Assembly: GCA_041690295.1 (NCBI GenBank)
Contig: JAWLHR010000009.1
Span: 32,001-96,000 of the forward strand
Direction of reading: 5' to 3'
Origin: Bdellovibrionales bacterium
Lineage (GTDB): Bacteria > Bdellovibrionota > Bdellovibrionia > Bdellovibrionales > UBA1609
DNA length: 64,000 nt
This document shows, piece by piece, positions 41,823 through 56,156 of the stretch; the stretch's first letter is position 1, and each line of letters starts with the position of its first letter. A program made the translations under genes and the position numbers. The notes below the pieces were generated by a model. That model saw only the letters and a list, made by a program, of their open reading frames with translations, made no database searches and had not been told where the DNA came from.

Positions 41823-42545
41823 ATGAGCTTAATTCTATTATGGTTTGCGTTCACAGCGTCGGGTGCCCAGGTCGACGGACCCAATAACGGAGACGTGGCG
41901 GTCAATTGCGAAATTCTTTTGACCGGACAACAGGAAATTCACGGCGTTGATCTTTTGGTGGACGCGCTTTTGAATCTGAATGCCGCCCGGGTCATTCATA
42001 TCGCCCCCAAGGTGTCCCATGAACTCCTCTCCCACTTCGGGTTGACTCCGGACGATGTGTTCCAACCGCGGCGGATCCGACTGGAATATGAGAACCGTCG
42101 CGTTCGAATCTTACGAAACGACAGCCAAACGGTTGAGTTTTATGTCGGCACGCCTCCGCAAAACCTCTCCACGTATATTCCCATCGTGTTGGCCCGAGGA
42201 GCTTACGTCCCTCAATACAAGCTCGAGGATCACCTCAACTCGCTCTATCAACGAATTCCGAATGAATTGTCGTTATTGAGAATCGGAGTCATCTTGTTCG
42301 AGGGCATCGATTTCCGCGTTTTTCTCCGGGTGAGGAATTTAGGGTATCTACAGTTTTACGATTTAGGTGTTGATGTCCTGTGTCCGAAATTGGATCAGTA
42401 TGTGGATTTACGCTTGGATCCCGATATGACTCCGGAAGAAAAAGAGATCGCCTTCTACAGTGGATTGGAGCACACGGAGCCACACATCACCGGATCCGGC
42501 GTGTGGTGCCGAATTCCTGTTATAAGGGCTTTTTGGCAGCTATAG
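41823..42545 (+). CDS. Hypothetical secreted protein
   Basis: Hydrophobic N-terminus ending ASGA; no family recognised. Confidence 0.6.
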   Translation: MSLILLWFAFTASGAQVDGPNNGDVAVNCEILLTGQQEIHGVDLLVDALLNLNAARVIHIAPKVSHELLSHFGLTPDDVFQPRRIRLEYENRRVRILRNDSQTVEFYVGTPPQNLSTYIPIVLARGAYVPQYKLEDHLNSLYQRIPNELSLLRIGVILFEGIDFRVFLRVRNLGYLQFYDLGVDVLCPKLDQYVDLRLDPDMTPEEKEIAFYSGLEHTEPHITGSGVWCRIPVIRAFWQL

Positions 42546-42641
42546 AGAATTGAAACGCGCGGCGCAAAAAAGCCGCTAGTTGACCCGCTGCCCTCGTCCA
42601 GATAAACGCTTAGAAATTCTTCACATTATAAGGGTAGGTCC

Positions 42642-43802
42642 ATGCAAAATTATCTGTTTACCAGCGAATCCGTGTCGGAAGGCCATCCTGATAAATTGGC
42701 CGACCAAATCAGCGACGCCATCTTGGATGGTTTCTTAGCGCAAGATCCGCGTTCGCGTGTGGCTTGTGAGACCATGGTCTCCACTGGTTTTGTCGCGTTG
42801 GCTGGAGAGATCACCTCAAAGGGAAGTGTGGACTATCAAGCTGTTGTCCGCGAGGTCGTCAAAGACGTGGGATACGACAACAGTGATATGGGCTTTGACT
42901 ATAAATCCTGCTCGGTGCTGGTGGCGCTTGGAAAACAAAGCCCGGACATCGCCATGGGAGTGGACGGGGCCGAACAGGGCGCCGGCGATCAAGGCATCAT
43001 GTTTGGTTACGCGAATAACGAAACCCCGGAATACATGCCGTTGTCCATCAGCATGTCTCATCGCTTGATGGCGGACCTGGCGGCCATTCGTAAATCAAGG
43101 AAGGTGAATTTCCTTCGTCCGGATTCCAAATGTCAGGTGACGGTTGAGTACCGCGACGGTAAAGCCGCCCGCATCGACACGATCGTGCTTTCCACTCAAC
43201 ACACGCCGGATGTGGATCAGAACCATATCCGCCAATTCGTGATCGAAGAATTGATTCCCAAGTCCATTCCGTCGAAGTGGATCGATTCCAAAACCAAGTT
43301 CCACATCAATCCGACGGGACGCTTCGTGGTGGGCGGACCCCATGGTGATTGCGGTTTGACGGGACGGAAAATCATCGTCGACACTTACGGGGGCCATGGA
43401 GCCCATGGCGGTGGCGCTTTTTCCGGTAAGGATCCCTCGAAAGTGGATCGTTCCGCGGCCTACGCCGCACGACATGTGGCTAAAAACATCGTCGCGGCGG
43501 GACTGGCAGAGCGCTGTTTGGTGCAGTTGAGCTACGCAATCGGTGTGGCCGAACCGGTCAGTATCATGGTAAATGATTACGGAACCTCACAAGTGGGCGG
43601 CGAGCTTCTCGCGGAAGCCGTTCGACGGGTGTGGAATTTGAAACCGGCGGCGATTATTGAGCAGTTCGACTTGCTTAAACCGAAATACCGCAAAACCACG
43701 AATTACGGTCACTTCGGCCGCGAGATTCCCGAATTGACTTGGGAAAAAGCCGACAAAGTGGATGCGGTTCGCGACGCCGTTAATACGCTGAAAAGAATGT
43801 AA
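42642..43802 (+). CDS. metK: S-adenosylmethionine synthetase
   Basis: [28 protein letters not shown]. Confidence 0.98.
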   Translation: MQNYLFTSESVSEGHPDKLADQISDAILDGFLAQDPRSRVACETMVSTGFVALAGEITSKGSVDYQAVVREVVKDVGYDNSDMGFDYKSCSVLVALGKQSPDIAMGVDGAEQGAGDQGIMFGYANNETPEYMPLSISMSHRLMADLAAIRKSRKVNFLRPDSKCQVTVEYRDGKAARIDTIVLSTQHTPDVDQNHIRQFVIEELIPKSIPSKWIDSKTKFHINPTGRFVVGGPHGDCGLTGRKIIVDTYGGHGAHGGGAFSGKDPSKVDRSAAYAARHVAKNIVAAGLAERCLVQLSYAIGVAEPVSIMVNDYGTSQVGGELLAEAVRRVWNLKPAAIIEQFDLLKPKYRKTTNYGHFGREIPELTWEKADKVDAVRDAVNTLKRM

Positions 43803-43803
43803 G

Positions 43804-45603
43804 GTGCAGCCCGAACTTATACGAAACTTCTCGATCATCGCGCACATTGACCATGGTAAATCGACGTTGGCTGACTGCCTTTTGACGGCCACGAAAACCA
43901 TATCGGATCGTGAGAAGCGTCAGCAATTTCTCGATAACATGGATCTTGAGCGTGAGCGCGGGATCACGATCAAGGCGCAAACGGTTCGTCTGAATTACAC
44001 GGCGAAGGACGGGAAAACCTATCAGCTCAATCTGATCGACACTCCCGGGCACGTCGATTTCTCCTATGAGGTTTCACGGAGTTTGGCCGCCTGCGAGGGC
44101 GCCATTCTGGTGGTGGATGCGTCACAAGGCGTGGAAGCCCAAACCCTGGCCAATGTGTATCTGGCCCTCGAGAACAATCTCGAGATCATCCCGGTCTTGA
44201 ACAAGATCGATCTGCCGGCGGCCGACCCCGAGGGAGTTAAAAAGCAAATTGAAGATGGGATCGGTCTGGATACGTCGGATGCGATTTTGGCCAGCGCCAA
44301 GGAAATGAAAGGCATCGACGAGATCCTAGAGGCGGTGGTGAATAAGATTCCGCCGCCCAAGGCGGATCGGTCCAAAACTCTTCGGGCCCTGATTTTCGAT
44401 TCCTGGTTTGACTCTTATCAGGGCGTGGTCACACTGGTGCGGGTGGTGGACGGCGTGGTGAGCGTCGGTGACAAGATCAAGTTCATGGCCACGGATAAAG
44501 AATACGAAGTGCTTAAGCTTGGCGTGTTCTCGCCCTATGCCACCAACCTGGAGCGCCTTGAAGCGGGTGAGGTCGGATTCATCATTTGTGGAATGAAGGA
44601 TATTCGCGACGTGAAAGTCGGGGATACGGTCACCTCCGCGAAACGTCCGGCCGAGGCGCCCTTGCCGGGATTTCAAAAAATCAAGCCCATGGTGTTTTCC
44701 GGAATCTTTCCGGTCGAGGCCTCGGATTTTCCCGACTTTAAAGAGGCGTTGGAAAAACTCACCTTGAATGACTCGAGCTTGAGTTTTGAGCCGGAAACAT
44801 CCGCCGCGTTGGGTTTTGGATTCCGCTGTGGATTTCTGGGATTGCTTCACATGGAAATCGTTCAGGAGCGGCTTGAGCGCGAGTTCAACCTGAATCTGAT
44901 CACCACCGCGCCCACGGTTGTCTATCGAGTGGTGAAAACCGATGGCTCCGTGTTGGAGTTGGAAAATCCTTCGAAGCTGCCGCCGCCCACGGAGATCGAC
45001 CGGATCGAGGAACCTTACGTCAAATTAAGCATTCACACACCCACGGAATTCATCGGTGGAATTCTGAAACTTTGTGAAGACCGTCGCGGAGTACAGCTGA
45101 AAATGGATTACATCACCAGCAACAAGGTGATTATCGAATACAAGCTGCCGCTCAACGAAATGGTGTTGGATTTTTATGATCGCTTGAAGTCCATTTCCAA
45201 GGGCTATGCGTCCATGGAGTATGAGCTGATGGGCTTCGAGCCGGGAGATCTGGTCAAAATGGATATCCTGATCAACGGTGATCCGGTGGACGCGCTTTCC
45301 GTGATCGTCCATCGCTCAAAAGCGGTTGCCCGCGGCCGGGCGTTGACGGCTAAACTTAAAGAACTGATTCCGCGGCAGCAATATCAAGTCGCGATTCAGG
45401 CGGCGATCGGGGCCAAGATTATCGCGCGCGAAACCTTGGGCGCCCTTCGCAAGGACGTGACGGCCAAGTGTTACGGCGGGGATATTTCCCGAAAACGTAA
45501 ACTTTTGGAAAAACAGAAAGAGGGTAAGAAGCGCATGAAGGCGATCGGTCACGTTGATGTTCCGCAAGAAGCCTTCTTGGCGATTCTTAAGGTGGATGAT
45601 TAG
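43804..45603 (+). CDS. lepA: Translation elongation factor 4
   Basis: [33 protein letters not shown]. Confidence 0.98.
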   Translation: MQPELIRNFSIIAHIDHGKSTLADCLLTATKTISDREKRQQFLDNMDLERERGITIKAQTVRLNYTAKDGKTYQLNLIDTPGHVDFSYEVSRSLAACEGAILVVDASQGVEAQTLANVYLALENNLEIIPVLNKIDLPAADPEGVKKQIEDGIGLDTSDAILASAKEMKGIDEILEAVVNKIPPPKADRSKTLRALIFDSWFDSYQGVVTLVRVVDGVVSVGDKIKFMATDKEYEVLKLGVFSPYATNLERLEAGEVGFIICGMKDIRDVKVGDTVTSAKRPAEAPLPGFQKIKPMVFSGIFPVEASDFPDFKEALEKLTLNDSSLSFEPETSAALGFGFRCGFLGLLHMEIVQERLEREFNLNLITTAPTVVYRVVKTDGSVLELENPSKLPPPTEIDRIEEPYVKLSIHTPTEFIGGILKLCEDRRGVQLKMDYITSNKVIIEYKLPLNEMVLDFYDRLKSISKGYASMEYELMGFEPGDLVKMDILINGDPVDALSVIVHRSKAVARGRALTAKLKELIPRQQYQVAIQAAIGAKIIARETLGALRKDVTAKCYGGDISRKRKLLEKQKEGKKRMKAIGHVDVPQEAFLAILKVDD

Positions 45604-46361
45604 TGTCTCCTTTCACGCGGCGATTTTGGATTGAAGGCCCCGGTTCGTTCGCATTGGCCGTCGGCTTGGCGTTGCTTGTTCGCTGGGCTCTTTTCGAGGC
45701 CTATGTGATTCCGTCAACCAGTATGCTTCCCACCTTGCTGGTCAACGATCATATTTTCGTGAACAAAATCATCTACGGCGTGCGCGCGCCGTTCAGCGAG
45801 AACTGGTTCGTGCAATGGCGCCATCCCGCCCGTGGCGAGGTGGTGGTGTTCAAGCATCCCGGTGATCGGGAAAAATATTTTATCAAGCGCGTCGTAGGCG
45901 TTCCGGGCGACCGGGTTCTATATGAAAACGGTCATCTTTACGTGAACGAAAAATTGGTGGAGCGCTCGATTCCCCGCGCTCTTCGGGACGAATGGCAATG
46001 GTTGAGGGATTCGGATTTTCCCGGAGACGAGGAGATCGGGGGCCGGGCTCTTTATGTTCATTGGGAAGAGCAACTCGATCAGCGCCGCTATTCGATCCTG
46101 TTACGCAAGGAGACCGCCAATCCCACCACATTCGGTCCGGTGACGGTGCCTGATGGACAATATCTGGTGTTAGGCGACAATCGCGACAATTCGCAAGATA
46201 GCCGCGGTTGGGACGAAAACACGCGCTTCGTACCGCGCGAGCTTCTCATCGGTCGCGCCTCGATTGTCTGGCTGAGTTGTGAAACCACGTTGCCTGTGTT
46301 GACGTTTCTATGCAATCCTCTGAGCTTGCGGTGGGCGCGTTTTTTCCACTCAGTGGATTAG
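45603..46361 (+). CDS. lepB: Signal peptidase I (copy 1)
   Basis: IPSTSMLPTL, FIKRVVG, GDNRDNSQDSR. Confidence 0.93.
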   Translation: MSPFTRRFWIEGPGSFALAVGLALLVRWALFEAYVIPSTSMLPTLLVNDHIFVNKIIYGVRAPFSENWFVQWRHPARGEVVVFKHPGDREKYFIKRVVGVPGDRVLYENGHLYVNEKLVERSIPRALRDEWQWLRDSDFPGDEEIGGRALYVHWEEQLDQRRYSILLRKETANPTTFGPVTVPDGQYLVLGDNRDNSQDSRGWDENTRFVPRELLIGRASIVWLSCETTLPVLTFLCNPLSLRWARFFHSVD

Positions 46362-46392
46362 TTTTTGACTCTTAAAGAAAGGTTCCTGGGCC

Positions 46393-47136
46393 ATGGCTAA
46401 GAAAAAAGCGAAATTCGGCGAAGGATTGGGATCATTTCTGCTCGCCGTTCTCGCGATTCTTTCGTTCCGGTGGTTGCTGTTTGAACCCTATGTCATTCCC
46501 TCCGGGAGCATGCTTCCCACGCTGTTGATTCACGATCATATTTTAGTCAGTAAATCTTCCTATGGCGTGAGAATTCCCTTCACCAAGCATTGGCTGTTCA
46601 AACGGGCGGATCCGAAGCGAGGTGACATCGTGGTCTTTCGTTCGGTGAAAGACGACGGATTTTTCCTGATTAAGCGGGTGGTCGGCCTTCCCGGTGATCA
46701 GGTGTCGGTGGATGTGGAAGGGCGAGTGGCCATTAACGGAGAGAAGCTGCCTTACAAAGATCTCACTGTGACCGATGATCCCGCGTCGCAGAGCCCCTAT
46801 TACCCGGTTAAAGAGTCCGATATCGGGATTGATTTTAACGAGGTGCAGTTTTTCGAAGAGGAATTAAACGGAGTCGTGCATCGGGGACTCTTACGAAAGT
46901 CGATGGTTCGCTCCTACGAACAAACCTGGACCGTTCCGGAAGGTCATTACTTCTGTATGGGTGACAATCGGGATAATTCGGAAGACAGCCGCGTATGGAA
47001 GGCCCTCCCGCGAGAAAATTTGCTCGGAAAGGCGCTCTTCGTCTGGTTAAGCTGCGAAGAGACCCTGCCCTATTTGCAATTCCTCTGTAATCCCCTCACA
47101 ATCAGATGGAGTCGGTTTTTTCACTCACTTGAATAA
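46393..47136 (+). CDS. lepB: Signal peptidase I (copy 2)
   Basis: IPSGSMLPTL, LIKRVVG, GDNRDNSEDSR. Confidence 0.93.
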   Translation: MAKKKAKFGEGLGSFLLAVLAILSFRWLLFEPYVIPSGSMLPTLLIHDHILVSKSSYGVRIPFTKHWLFKRADPKRGDIVVFRSVKDDGFFLIKRVVGLPGDQVSVDVEGRVAINGEKLPYKDLTVTDDPASQSPYYPVKESDIGIDFNEVQFFEEELNGVVHRGLLRKSMVRSYEQTWTVPEGHYFCMGDNRDNSEDSRVWKALPRENLLGKALFVWLSCEETLPYLQFLCNPLTIRWSRFFHSLE

Positions 47137-47142
47137 AACATA

Positions 47143-47778
47143 ATGAGCACCACGGACGCCGCAAAGAAGCAGTTCCATTTTCTCATACGCTACGTACTGC
47201 AATCCGCGGCGATCATTGTGATCTGTGCGGTTTTGATTCGGGTCTTTTTAATTTCATCGTACGTCATGTCCGGAGCGAGCATGCTGCCGAGCGTGTGGCC
47301 GGGTGATTTCCTCATCGGTTTCCGCTGGAGTGTGGGCGAACCCCGGAGAGGGGATGTGGTGGCTCTGCGTTGCCCGGGAGAACGTGAGCGGACTTGCCTT
47401 AAAAGGGTAGTGGCGGTGGCAGGGGATCGGGTGGAGTTTGCCGACGGGCGGCTTGTAGTCAATGGCCAGCCGGGCCGGTTAAAGCCGCTCAACAAGGAAT
47501 TGGCCCTCGAGTCGGTTGGCGGGCGAAGCTGGGTCATCTGGCAACCCAGCCAACCCATCGCCTCCCGGGCCCCGTTGATTGTGCCGCCGCAACAAGTTTA
47601 TCTCTTGAACGATAAACGGTCCGATGAAGAGGATTCCCGGTCCTGGGGTCCGGTGGCGCAGGAATACCTTGAGGCCAAAGTGAAATATGTATGGCTCTCT
47701 CTGGAGTGGTATAAGGGCCAGGAGGTACGAACCTGGCCGGCCGTGAGATGGCGTCGATTATTGCGTAGCATCGATTGA
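47143..47778 (+). CDS. lepB: Signal peptidase I (copy 3, divergent box E)
   Basis: SGASMLPS, CLKRVVA, NDKRSDEEDSR. Confidence 0.85.
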   Translation: MSTTDAAKKQFHFLIRYVLQSAAIIVICAVLIRVFLISSYVMSGASMLPSVWPGDFLIGFRWSVGEPRRGDVVALRCPGERERTCLKRVVAVAGDRVEFADGRLVVNGQPGRLKPLNKELALESVGGRSWVIWQPSQPIASRAPLIVPPQQVYLLNDKRSDEEDSRSWGPVAQEYLEAKVKYVWLSLEWYKGQEVRTWPAVRWRRLLRSID

Positions 47779-47811
47779 CTCGCGCTTTAGCCAAGGTATA
47801 CATTTCTGGCA

Positions 47812-48768
47812 ATGTCCATTGTAGGTGAATCGTTTCTCAGTTCCGAGCAACTCGCGGATAGTGACCTCGCACAAATTTTTTCCAGGGCATCTCTTTTTAA
47901 AAATGAATTCGATAACCGAGGCCGATTCGATCACCTGATCAAACCCGTCGAAGGCAGGGATCAGAAGATCGTGGCATTGGTTTTTTCCGAGCCGAGCACG
48001 AGAACACGAATGAGTTTTCAGATCGCGGCGGCGCGATTGGGAATTCGTTCCTTCAGCCTTGATAATCCGCGCTCCGCGAGTCTCAGCAAGGGCGAGACGC
48101 TGGAAGATACGTTCCGCAATATCGGCGCGATGAGGCCGGACCTGATGGTCGTCAGGTACAATACGAGCCTTGATGCCGATCAGGTGATACGCCAGCTGCC
48201 GTGTCCCGTGATCAGCGGTGGTATAGGCACATCCGAACATCCCACCCAAGCTCTTTTGGATGCGTTCACGATTCAGGAAAAGCGCGGCCAAGTGCGCGAT
48301 GAGCGGATTTTGATCGTCGGTGATGTTTTGCATAGCCGGGTGGCGAACTCGAACCTTTTGCTGTTGAGGCGAATGGGCGCGGAAGTGGCCTTCTGCGCGC
48401 CTGAGGAATTCGAACCGAAAAATGAGAATTGGAAAGGCGTGCGCAGCTTCGCCCAATTGCGTGAAGGCATTGAGTGGGCCACGGTGATCATGGCGTTGCG
48501 CGTGCAAAAAGAGCGTCACCATGATGGCAGCGGCTTCGGTATGTCCATGGCGGAGTATCGCGAACGTTATCGGGTGGGAGCGGATTTGCTGAAAAATTTC
48601 CGCCAAGATGGAATTCTTCTCCATCCCGGGCCAGTGATCCGCGGGGTTGATCTCTCTCCCACCGTGCTCGAAGATCCGCGTTGCAAGGTTTTGGACCAGG
48701 TCACGAATGGAGTTTTCATCCGGGCCTCCCTGATGTCGCTCATCCTGGGTTTTGAGGTAAATGAGTGA
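47812..48768 (+). CDS. pyrB: Aspartate carbamoyltransferase catalytic subunit
   Basis: EPSTRT, KGETL.DT, HPTQALLD, HSRVA, RVQKER, HPGP. Confidence 0.96.
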   Translation: MSIVGESFLSSEQLADSDLAQIFSRASLFKNEFDNRGRFDHLIKPVEGRDQKIVALVFSEPSTRTRMSFQIAAARLGIRSFSLDNPRSASLSKGETLEDTFRNIGAMRPDLMVVRYNTSLDADQVIRQLPCPVISGGIGTSEHPTQALLDAFTIQEKRGQVRDERILIVGDVLHSRVANSNLLLLRRMGAEVAFCAPEEFEPKNENWKGVRSFAQLREGIEWATVIMALRVQKERHHDGSGFGMSMAEYRERYRVGADLLKNFRQDGILLHPGPVIRGVDLSPTVLEDPRCKVLDQVTNGVFIRASLMSLILGFEVNE

Positions 48769-49844
48769 AAGCCGAAAAAGGGTATTTAGTATTGGAGTCG
48801 GGCGAAATTTTCCCCGGCTTATGGCACTCAAGCGCCGCGAAGGAACGGGCCGGCGAAGTTGTTTTTAATACCGGCCACAGTGGCTATGAAGAAATGGCCA
48901 CCGACCCTTCTTATTATCACCAGATTCTGGTGCTGACGGCGCCTCAGCAGGGCAATTACGGCCAGGATCATTCGGTTTGGGAATCGCGCAAAATCTGGAT
49001 TGAAGGTTTCGTTTGCGTGGAGATGCAGAATTCTTCCCGCGAAAGTTCGTGGCAAAAGAAACTGTCGGAAGAACAAATTCCCATACTGACGGATGTGGAC
49101 ACCCGCAGTCTGGTTCTGCGCTTGCGCGACGCGGGAACCCAGTGGGGCGCCCTTGTCCGCACCGCCGATCCCAATGAGGCCGTGGCGCGCGCCAAACGTT
49201 TGATCGACGAAAAGAAGAGCATGGATCGGGATTGGGTGTATCAAGTGTCCCGCCGGGAGGAAGAAACCCGACCCGGAAAAAATCCGCGCGGTCCCCGGAT
49301 CGCGGTTCTCGATTTGGGTTGCAAGGAGAACACGATTCGTGAACTGGTGGCCCGGTGTTCAGAAGTTCGCGTTTTTCCGGCGCGCACGCCGGCGGAAAAG
49401 ATTCGCGCTTACGCTCCCGACGGAATTCTCCTTTCCAACGGCCCCGGTGATCCCGTGGATGTGCAAGTCGCCGCCGACACCGTGAAATCACTGCTCGGAT
49501 GGCGATTCATTTTCGGCATTTGCATGGGACATCAGATTCTTGGCCGCGCGCTTGGCGGGGAAACTTACAAATTGAAGTTCGGTCATCGGGGTTCCAATCA
49601 CCCGATCAAAGACAAAATTTTAAACAGAATTTATATGACAAGCCAGAACCACGGGTACGCGGTGGCGATGGAATCGCTACCTCCGTCCGTGCAGGTTTCA
49701 CACGTGAACCTCAATGACAACACGGTGGCGGGAATCTTTGATCCGTCCCGCAAAGCTCTGAGTGTTCAATTTCACCCGGAAAGTCATCCGGGCCCGGTTG
49801 ATGCGGTTGAGTTGTTTGATTTCTTCGTGAGGCAGACACAATGA
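48765..49844 (+). CDS. carA: Carbamoyl-phosphate synthase small subunit
   Basis: GEVVFNT, TDPSY, SNGPGDP, GICMGHQ, QFHPE. Confidence 0.97.
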   Translation: MKAEKGYLVLESGEIFPGLWHSSAAKERAGEVVFNTGHSGYEEMATDPSYYHQILVLTAPQQGNYGQDHSVWESRKIWIEGFVCVEMQNSSRESSWQKKLSEEQIPILTDVDTRSLVLRLRDAGTQWGALVRTADPNEAVARAKRLIDEKKSMDRDWVYQVSRREEETRPGKNPRGPRIAVLDLGCKENTIRELVARCSEVRVFPARTPAEKIRAYAPDGILLSNGPGDPVDVQVAADTVKSLLGWRFIFGICMGHQILGRALGGETYKLKFGHRGSNHPIKDKILNRIYMTSQNHGYAVAMESLPPSVQVSHVNLNDNTVAGIFDPSRKALSVQFHPESHPGPVDAVELFDFFVRQTQ

Positions 49845-50497
49845 ACTACGAGATCTACATCGAGAAGTTGATGCAACACTACACGGGCGAAAACTATTTG
49901 CCGGAGGTTCAAGCGGCCAAGGAGGATTTCTTCGAGACGGCCGGGACCTTCGATGAAGGCAGCGTGGATTTCGAAACGAAAATGGCGCAATTCACCGATT
50001 GGTATCTCTTCACCCGGCGAATGAATTCCACCGGCCGGGTTTCGGTGGAAATGGTTTTGGACGATCCGTCTTACAAAATCACCGAAGAGGAGAGGGCCGC
50101 GTATCTGAATCTACGTAACTCGCGCCATAGTTTGTTCGAGTTCCTCAAAATGAAGGGGAATGACATTTACGTGCGTGACCTGTTCACCAGTTTCAAATAT
50201 GTGATTCGCGAATCGCGCCTCACGCACGGGTTCAACAAGGACGAATATTTCGAAGCGCGCCTGATTCCCCACAACGGGGGCTTCGTGTTTTCAAACGCGT
50301 TCTGCTTTCACCCTTCGGCGGTCTGCAAGTTCATCATGAAAGAAATCAAACGGGTTAATAAGCTGCCCGAAGAGGATCAGGCCATGGCCCGCGAGGAGTT
50401 GATCGCGAGGCTCTTTAAAATGAAAAACAAGTACGAACAGTATAAACATTTGGATATTCATTCGATTTATTCGAATGAATCGAAATTGAGATTATAA
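49841..50497 (+). CDS. Conserved-looking hypothetical cytoplasmic protein
   Basis: Overlaps the carA stop and abuts carB; 218 aa. Confidence 0.8.
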   Translation: MNYEIYIEKLMQHYTGENYLPEVQAAKEDFFETAGTFDEGSVDFETKMAQFTDWYLFTRRMNSTGRVSVEMVLDDPSYKITEEERAAYLNLRNSRHSLFEFLKMKGNDIYVRDLFTSFKYVIRESRLTHGFNKDEYFEARLIPHNGGFVFSNAFCFHPSAVCKFIMKEIKRVNKLPEEDQAMAREELIARLFKMKNKYEQYKHLDIHSIYSNESKLRL

Positions 50498-50498
50498 A

Positions 50499-53665
<3,167 letters not shown>

Positions 53666-53669
<4 letters not shown>

Positions 53670-54544
53670 ATTTACTGACAGTCAACGAACTGAAGAAATC
53701 ATACTCGAAAGGTTTGATTCCTAAACGCACGCAGGTGTTGAAGGGGTTGAACTTTTCCGTTCCAGCCGGAACAATCACGGGCTTTCTTGGCGCCAACGGC
53801 GCCGGTAAAACAACGACCATGCGCTGTATTCTGGGTCTGGATCATCTGGACTCGGGAGAGGTTCTCTTTTTCGGTCAGCCGCTGAACACTCTCAGCCGCA
53901 AGCGGATCGGTTTTTTACCTGAGCGACCCTATTTTTACGAACATCTCACCGGTCGTGAGTTCCTGGAATTTTACGCCTGTTTAACTTCAGCTTGGAAAAA
54001 GAGCGTCCTCAATGACCGCATTGACGAGCTTCTCAAGCGTGTGGATCTTTCGTTCGCCAAGGATCGACCCCTACGGAATTATTCCAAGGGAATGTTACAA
54101 AAAATCGGACTGGCGCAGGCGCTGATTCACGATCCGGAACTGGTGATTTTGGACGAACCGATGTCGGGTTTGGATCCCGACGGCCGATGGGCCTTGGCGG
54201 AGCTGATCGTTGAAACCGCCAAACGGGGGCCGGCGGTGTTTTTCAGCAGTCACCATTTACATGACACCGAACTCTTATGCCGCCGGCTCGTGGTGATTAA
54301 AGACGGGCATACCATTTTTGAAGGCGCCACCGAGGACCTTCTGGATCGTGGCGGGGTGGAATTTGAAATCACCTATCTCGAGGCGGGAAAACGGCAAAGC
54401 CGCCGGGTCCCCACTCACGATCAGGTTCAACCGATCCTCAAAGAGTTGATCAATCAGGGCGCGGAAATTTTTGAAGTGCGCCGACTGCGATCCACCCTGG
54501 AAGAAATTTTCGTTCGCATGGCTCTGAAAGGGGGACGAAAATGA
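53666..54544 (+). CDS. ABC transporter ATPase (PilH-like of the deltaproteobacterial type IV pilus locus)
   Basis: [35 protein letters not shown]. Confidence 0.88.
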
Positions 54545-55308
54545 GGGCCATTTGGGTTTTGGCGATGAACACCTACAGGGAAGTGATCCGAGACCGGATT
54601 CTGTACGGACTCGTGCTTTTCGCCATTCTTTTGATCGGCCTCAGTCTGGCGCTCGGCCAATTAAGCTTCGCCGAGCAATCACGGATTTCGGCCAATTTCG
54701 GATTGAGCGCCATACATTTGGTGGCCGTGGCTTTGGCCATCTTCGTGGGTAGCACCCTGGTTTATAAGGAAATCGAGAAGAAGACGATATTAACGATTCT
54801 TGTCCGCCCCATCACGCGCGCGCAGTTCATCTTGGGAAAAACTTTGGGTTTGGCGCTATTGATTCTCACCATGATCTTGGGTTTGGCGCTGGTTCTGGTT
54901 TTGGTTTTTCTGTTCCTCGACAAGCCGCTGGATAGCCGCCTGGCGTGGGTGCTTTTGGGATTGCTTTGCGAATCCCTGGTGCTCCTTGGCGTGACCCTGG
55001 TATTTTCAATGGTGACGAGACCCATTCTGGTCGTCTCTTTCTCAATTGGAATTTTTCTCATCGGGCATTGGCAAAACAGTCTTGAATTTTTCGCGCGCAA
55101 AGATGAAGGGGGAGTTCTCTCCGCCGTTCATTGGCTTTCGAACCGTTTTCTTCCCAACCTGGAAAGAGTCAATTGGAAAGATTTAGTGTTGTACGATCAG
55201 CCGGTTGAACATCTGGCGAAACTGCAATCGGTCGGTTACAGCCTGGCTTGGTTCGGACTTTGTATCGCTCTTTCCGCTTTCATATTCAGGAAAAAAGATG
55301 TGGGTTGA
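54541..55308 (+). CDS. ABC-2 permease (PilI-like)
   Basis: NTYREVIRDRILY, EIEKKTI.TIL.RP..R..FILGK; multiple TMs. Confidence 0.85.
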   Translation: MRAIWVLAMNTYREVIRDRILYGLVLFAILLIGLSLALGQLSFAEQSRISANFGLSAIHLVAVALAIFVGSTLVYKEIEKKTILTILVRPITRAQFILGKTLGLALLILTMILGLALVLVLVFLFLDKPLDSRLAWVLLGLLCESLVLLGVTLVFSMVTRPILVVSFSIGIFLIGHWQNSLEFFARKDEGGVLSAVHWLSNRFLPNLERVNWKDLVLYDQPVEHLAKLQSVGYSLAWFGLCIALSAFIFRKKDVG

Positions 55309-56086
55309 AACGGCGCTGGCTTTTATTTTCGGATTGATTTGGGGAAGCTTCAGTAATGTGGTGATACACCGTTTGCCGCAAGGGTTGAGCGTGGTGCGAC
55401 CGCGAAGTCACTGCCCCAAGTGTAAAGCGCCGATCCGCTGGTACGATAATATTCCGGTCTTGTCCTGGATTTTTCTGGGGGCCAAGTGCCGGGCCTGCAA
55501 AGCACCCATTTCCTGGCGATATCCCTTCGTGGAGTTATTGACCGGGATTGTCTTCGCGGCCGTCGTGTGGAAGTACGGATACCAATGGTACACAATCGAG
55601 CTCATCTATTTTTGTTGGGCACTGATCGTGGTTTCGTTCATTGACATTGATCATTTCATTCTTCCCGATGTGTTCACACTTTCCGGGATCGTGATCGGGC
55701 TCGCGGGCGCGGCGCTGAATCCGGAACGTGAGTTCCTTCCGGCGCTTTTCGGCGTCTTGATGGGCGGCGGTTTTCTCTGGGCTCTCGCGTATCTTTACTT
55801 CTTGTGGAGAAAAGAAGAAGGAATGGGTGGCGGCGATATCAAGCTTCTGGCTTGGATCGGCGCCGTACTGGGCTGGACGTCGGTACCGTTCGTGATCATG
55901 GTTTCATCCTTGATTGGAAGTGTGGTTGGAATCGCGTATGCGATTCGTTCCAAAGCTGGTCTTAAGTCAGTGATTCCATTCGGACCGTACTTGGCTTTAG
56001 CCGCGATCCTCTATCTTTTAGGCGGAGAACAGATCGCGCTTTGGTACATAAGTCTGTTTTCTATTCCGCTCTCCCCGGTCAATTGA
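55298..56086 (+). CDS. pilD: Prepilin peptidase
   Basis: GSFSNVVIHRLP, CPKC/CRAC, IDID, GMGGGDIKL, PFGPYL. Confidence 0.95.
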   Translation: MWVETALAFIFGLIWGSFSNVVIHRLPQGLSVVRPRSHCPKCKAPIRWYDNIPVLSWIFLGAKCRACKAPISWRYPFVELLTGIVFAAVVWKYGYQWYTIELIYFCWALIVVSFIDIDHFILPDVFTLSGIVIGLAGAALNPEREFLPALFGVLMGGGFLWALAYLYFLWRKEEGMGGGDIKLLAWIGAVLGWTSVPFVIMVSSLIGSVVGIAYAIRSKAGLKSVIPFGPYLALAAILYLLGGEQIALWYISLFSIPLSPVN

Positions 56087-56111
56087 CAAGATTTTGGCGG
56101 TCCGATTTAAT
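56083..56111 (+). promoter_or_regulatory. sigma70 promoter TTGACA-N17-TTTAAT for pilMNOPQ
   Basis: Near-consensus hexamers. Confidence 0.6.
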
Positions 56112-56156
56112 TTTTAATGGGTAGAAGGTCTTAACGCGGCTTGAGGCGGCATCACT

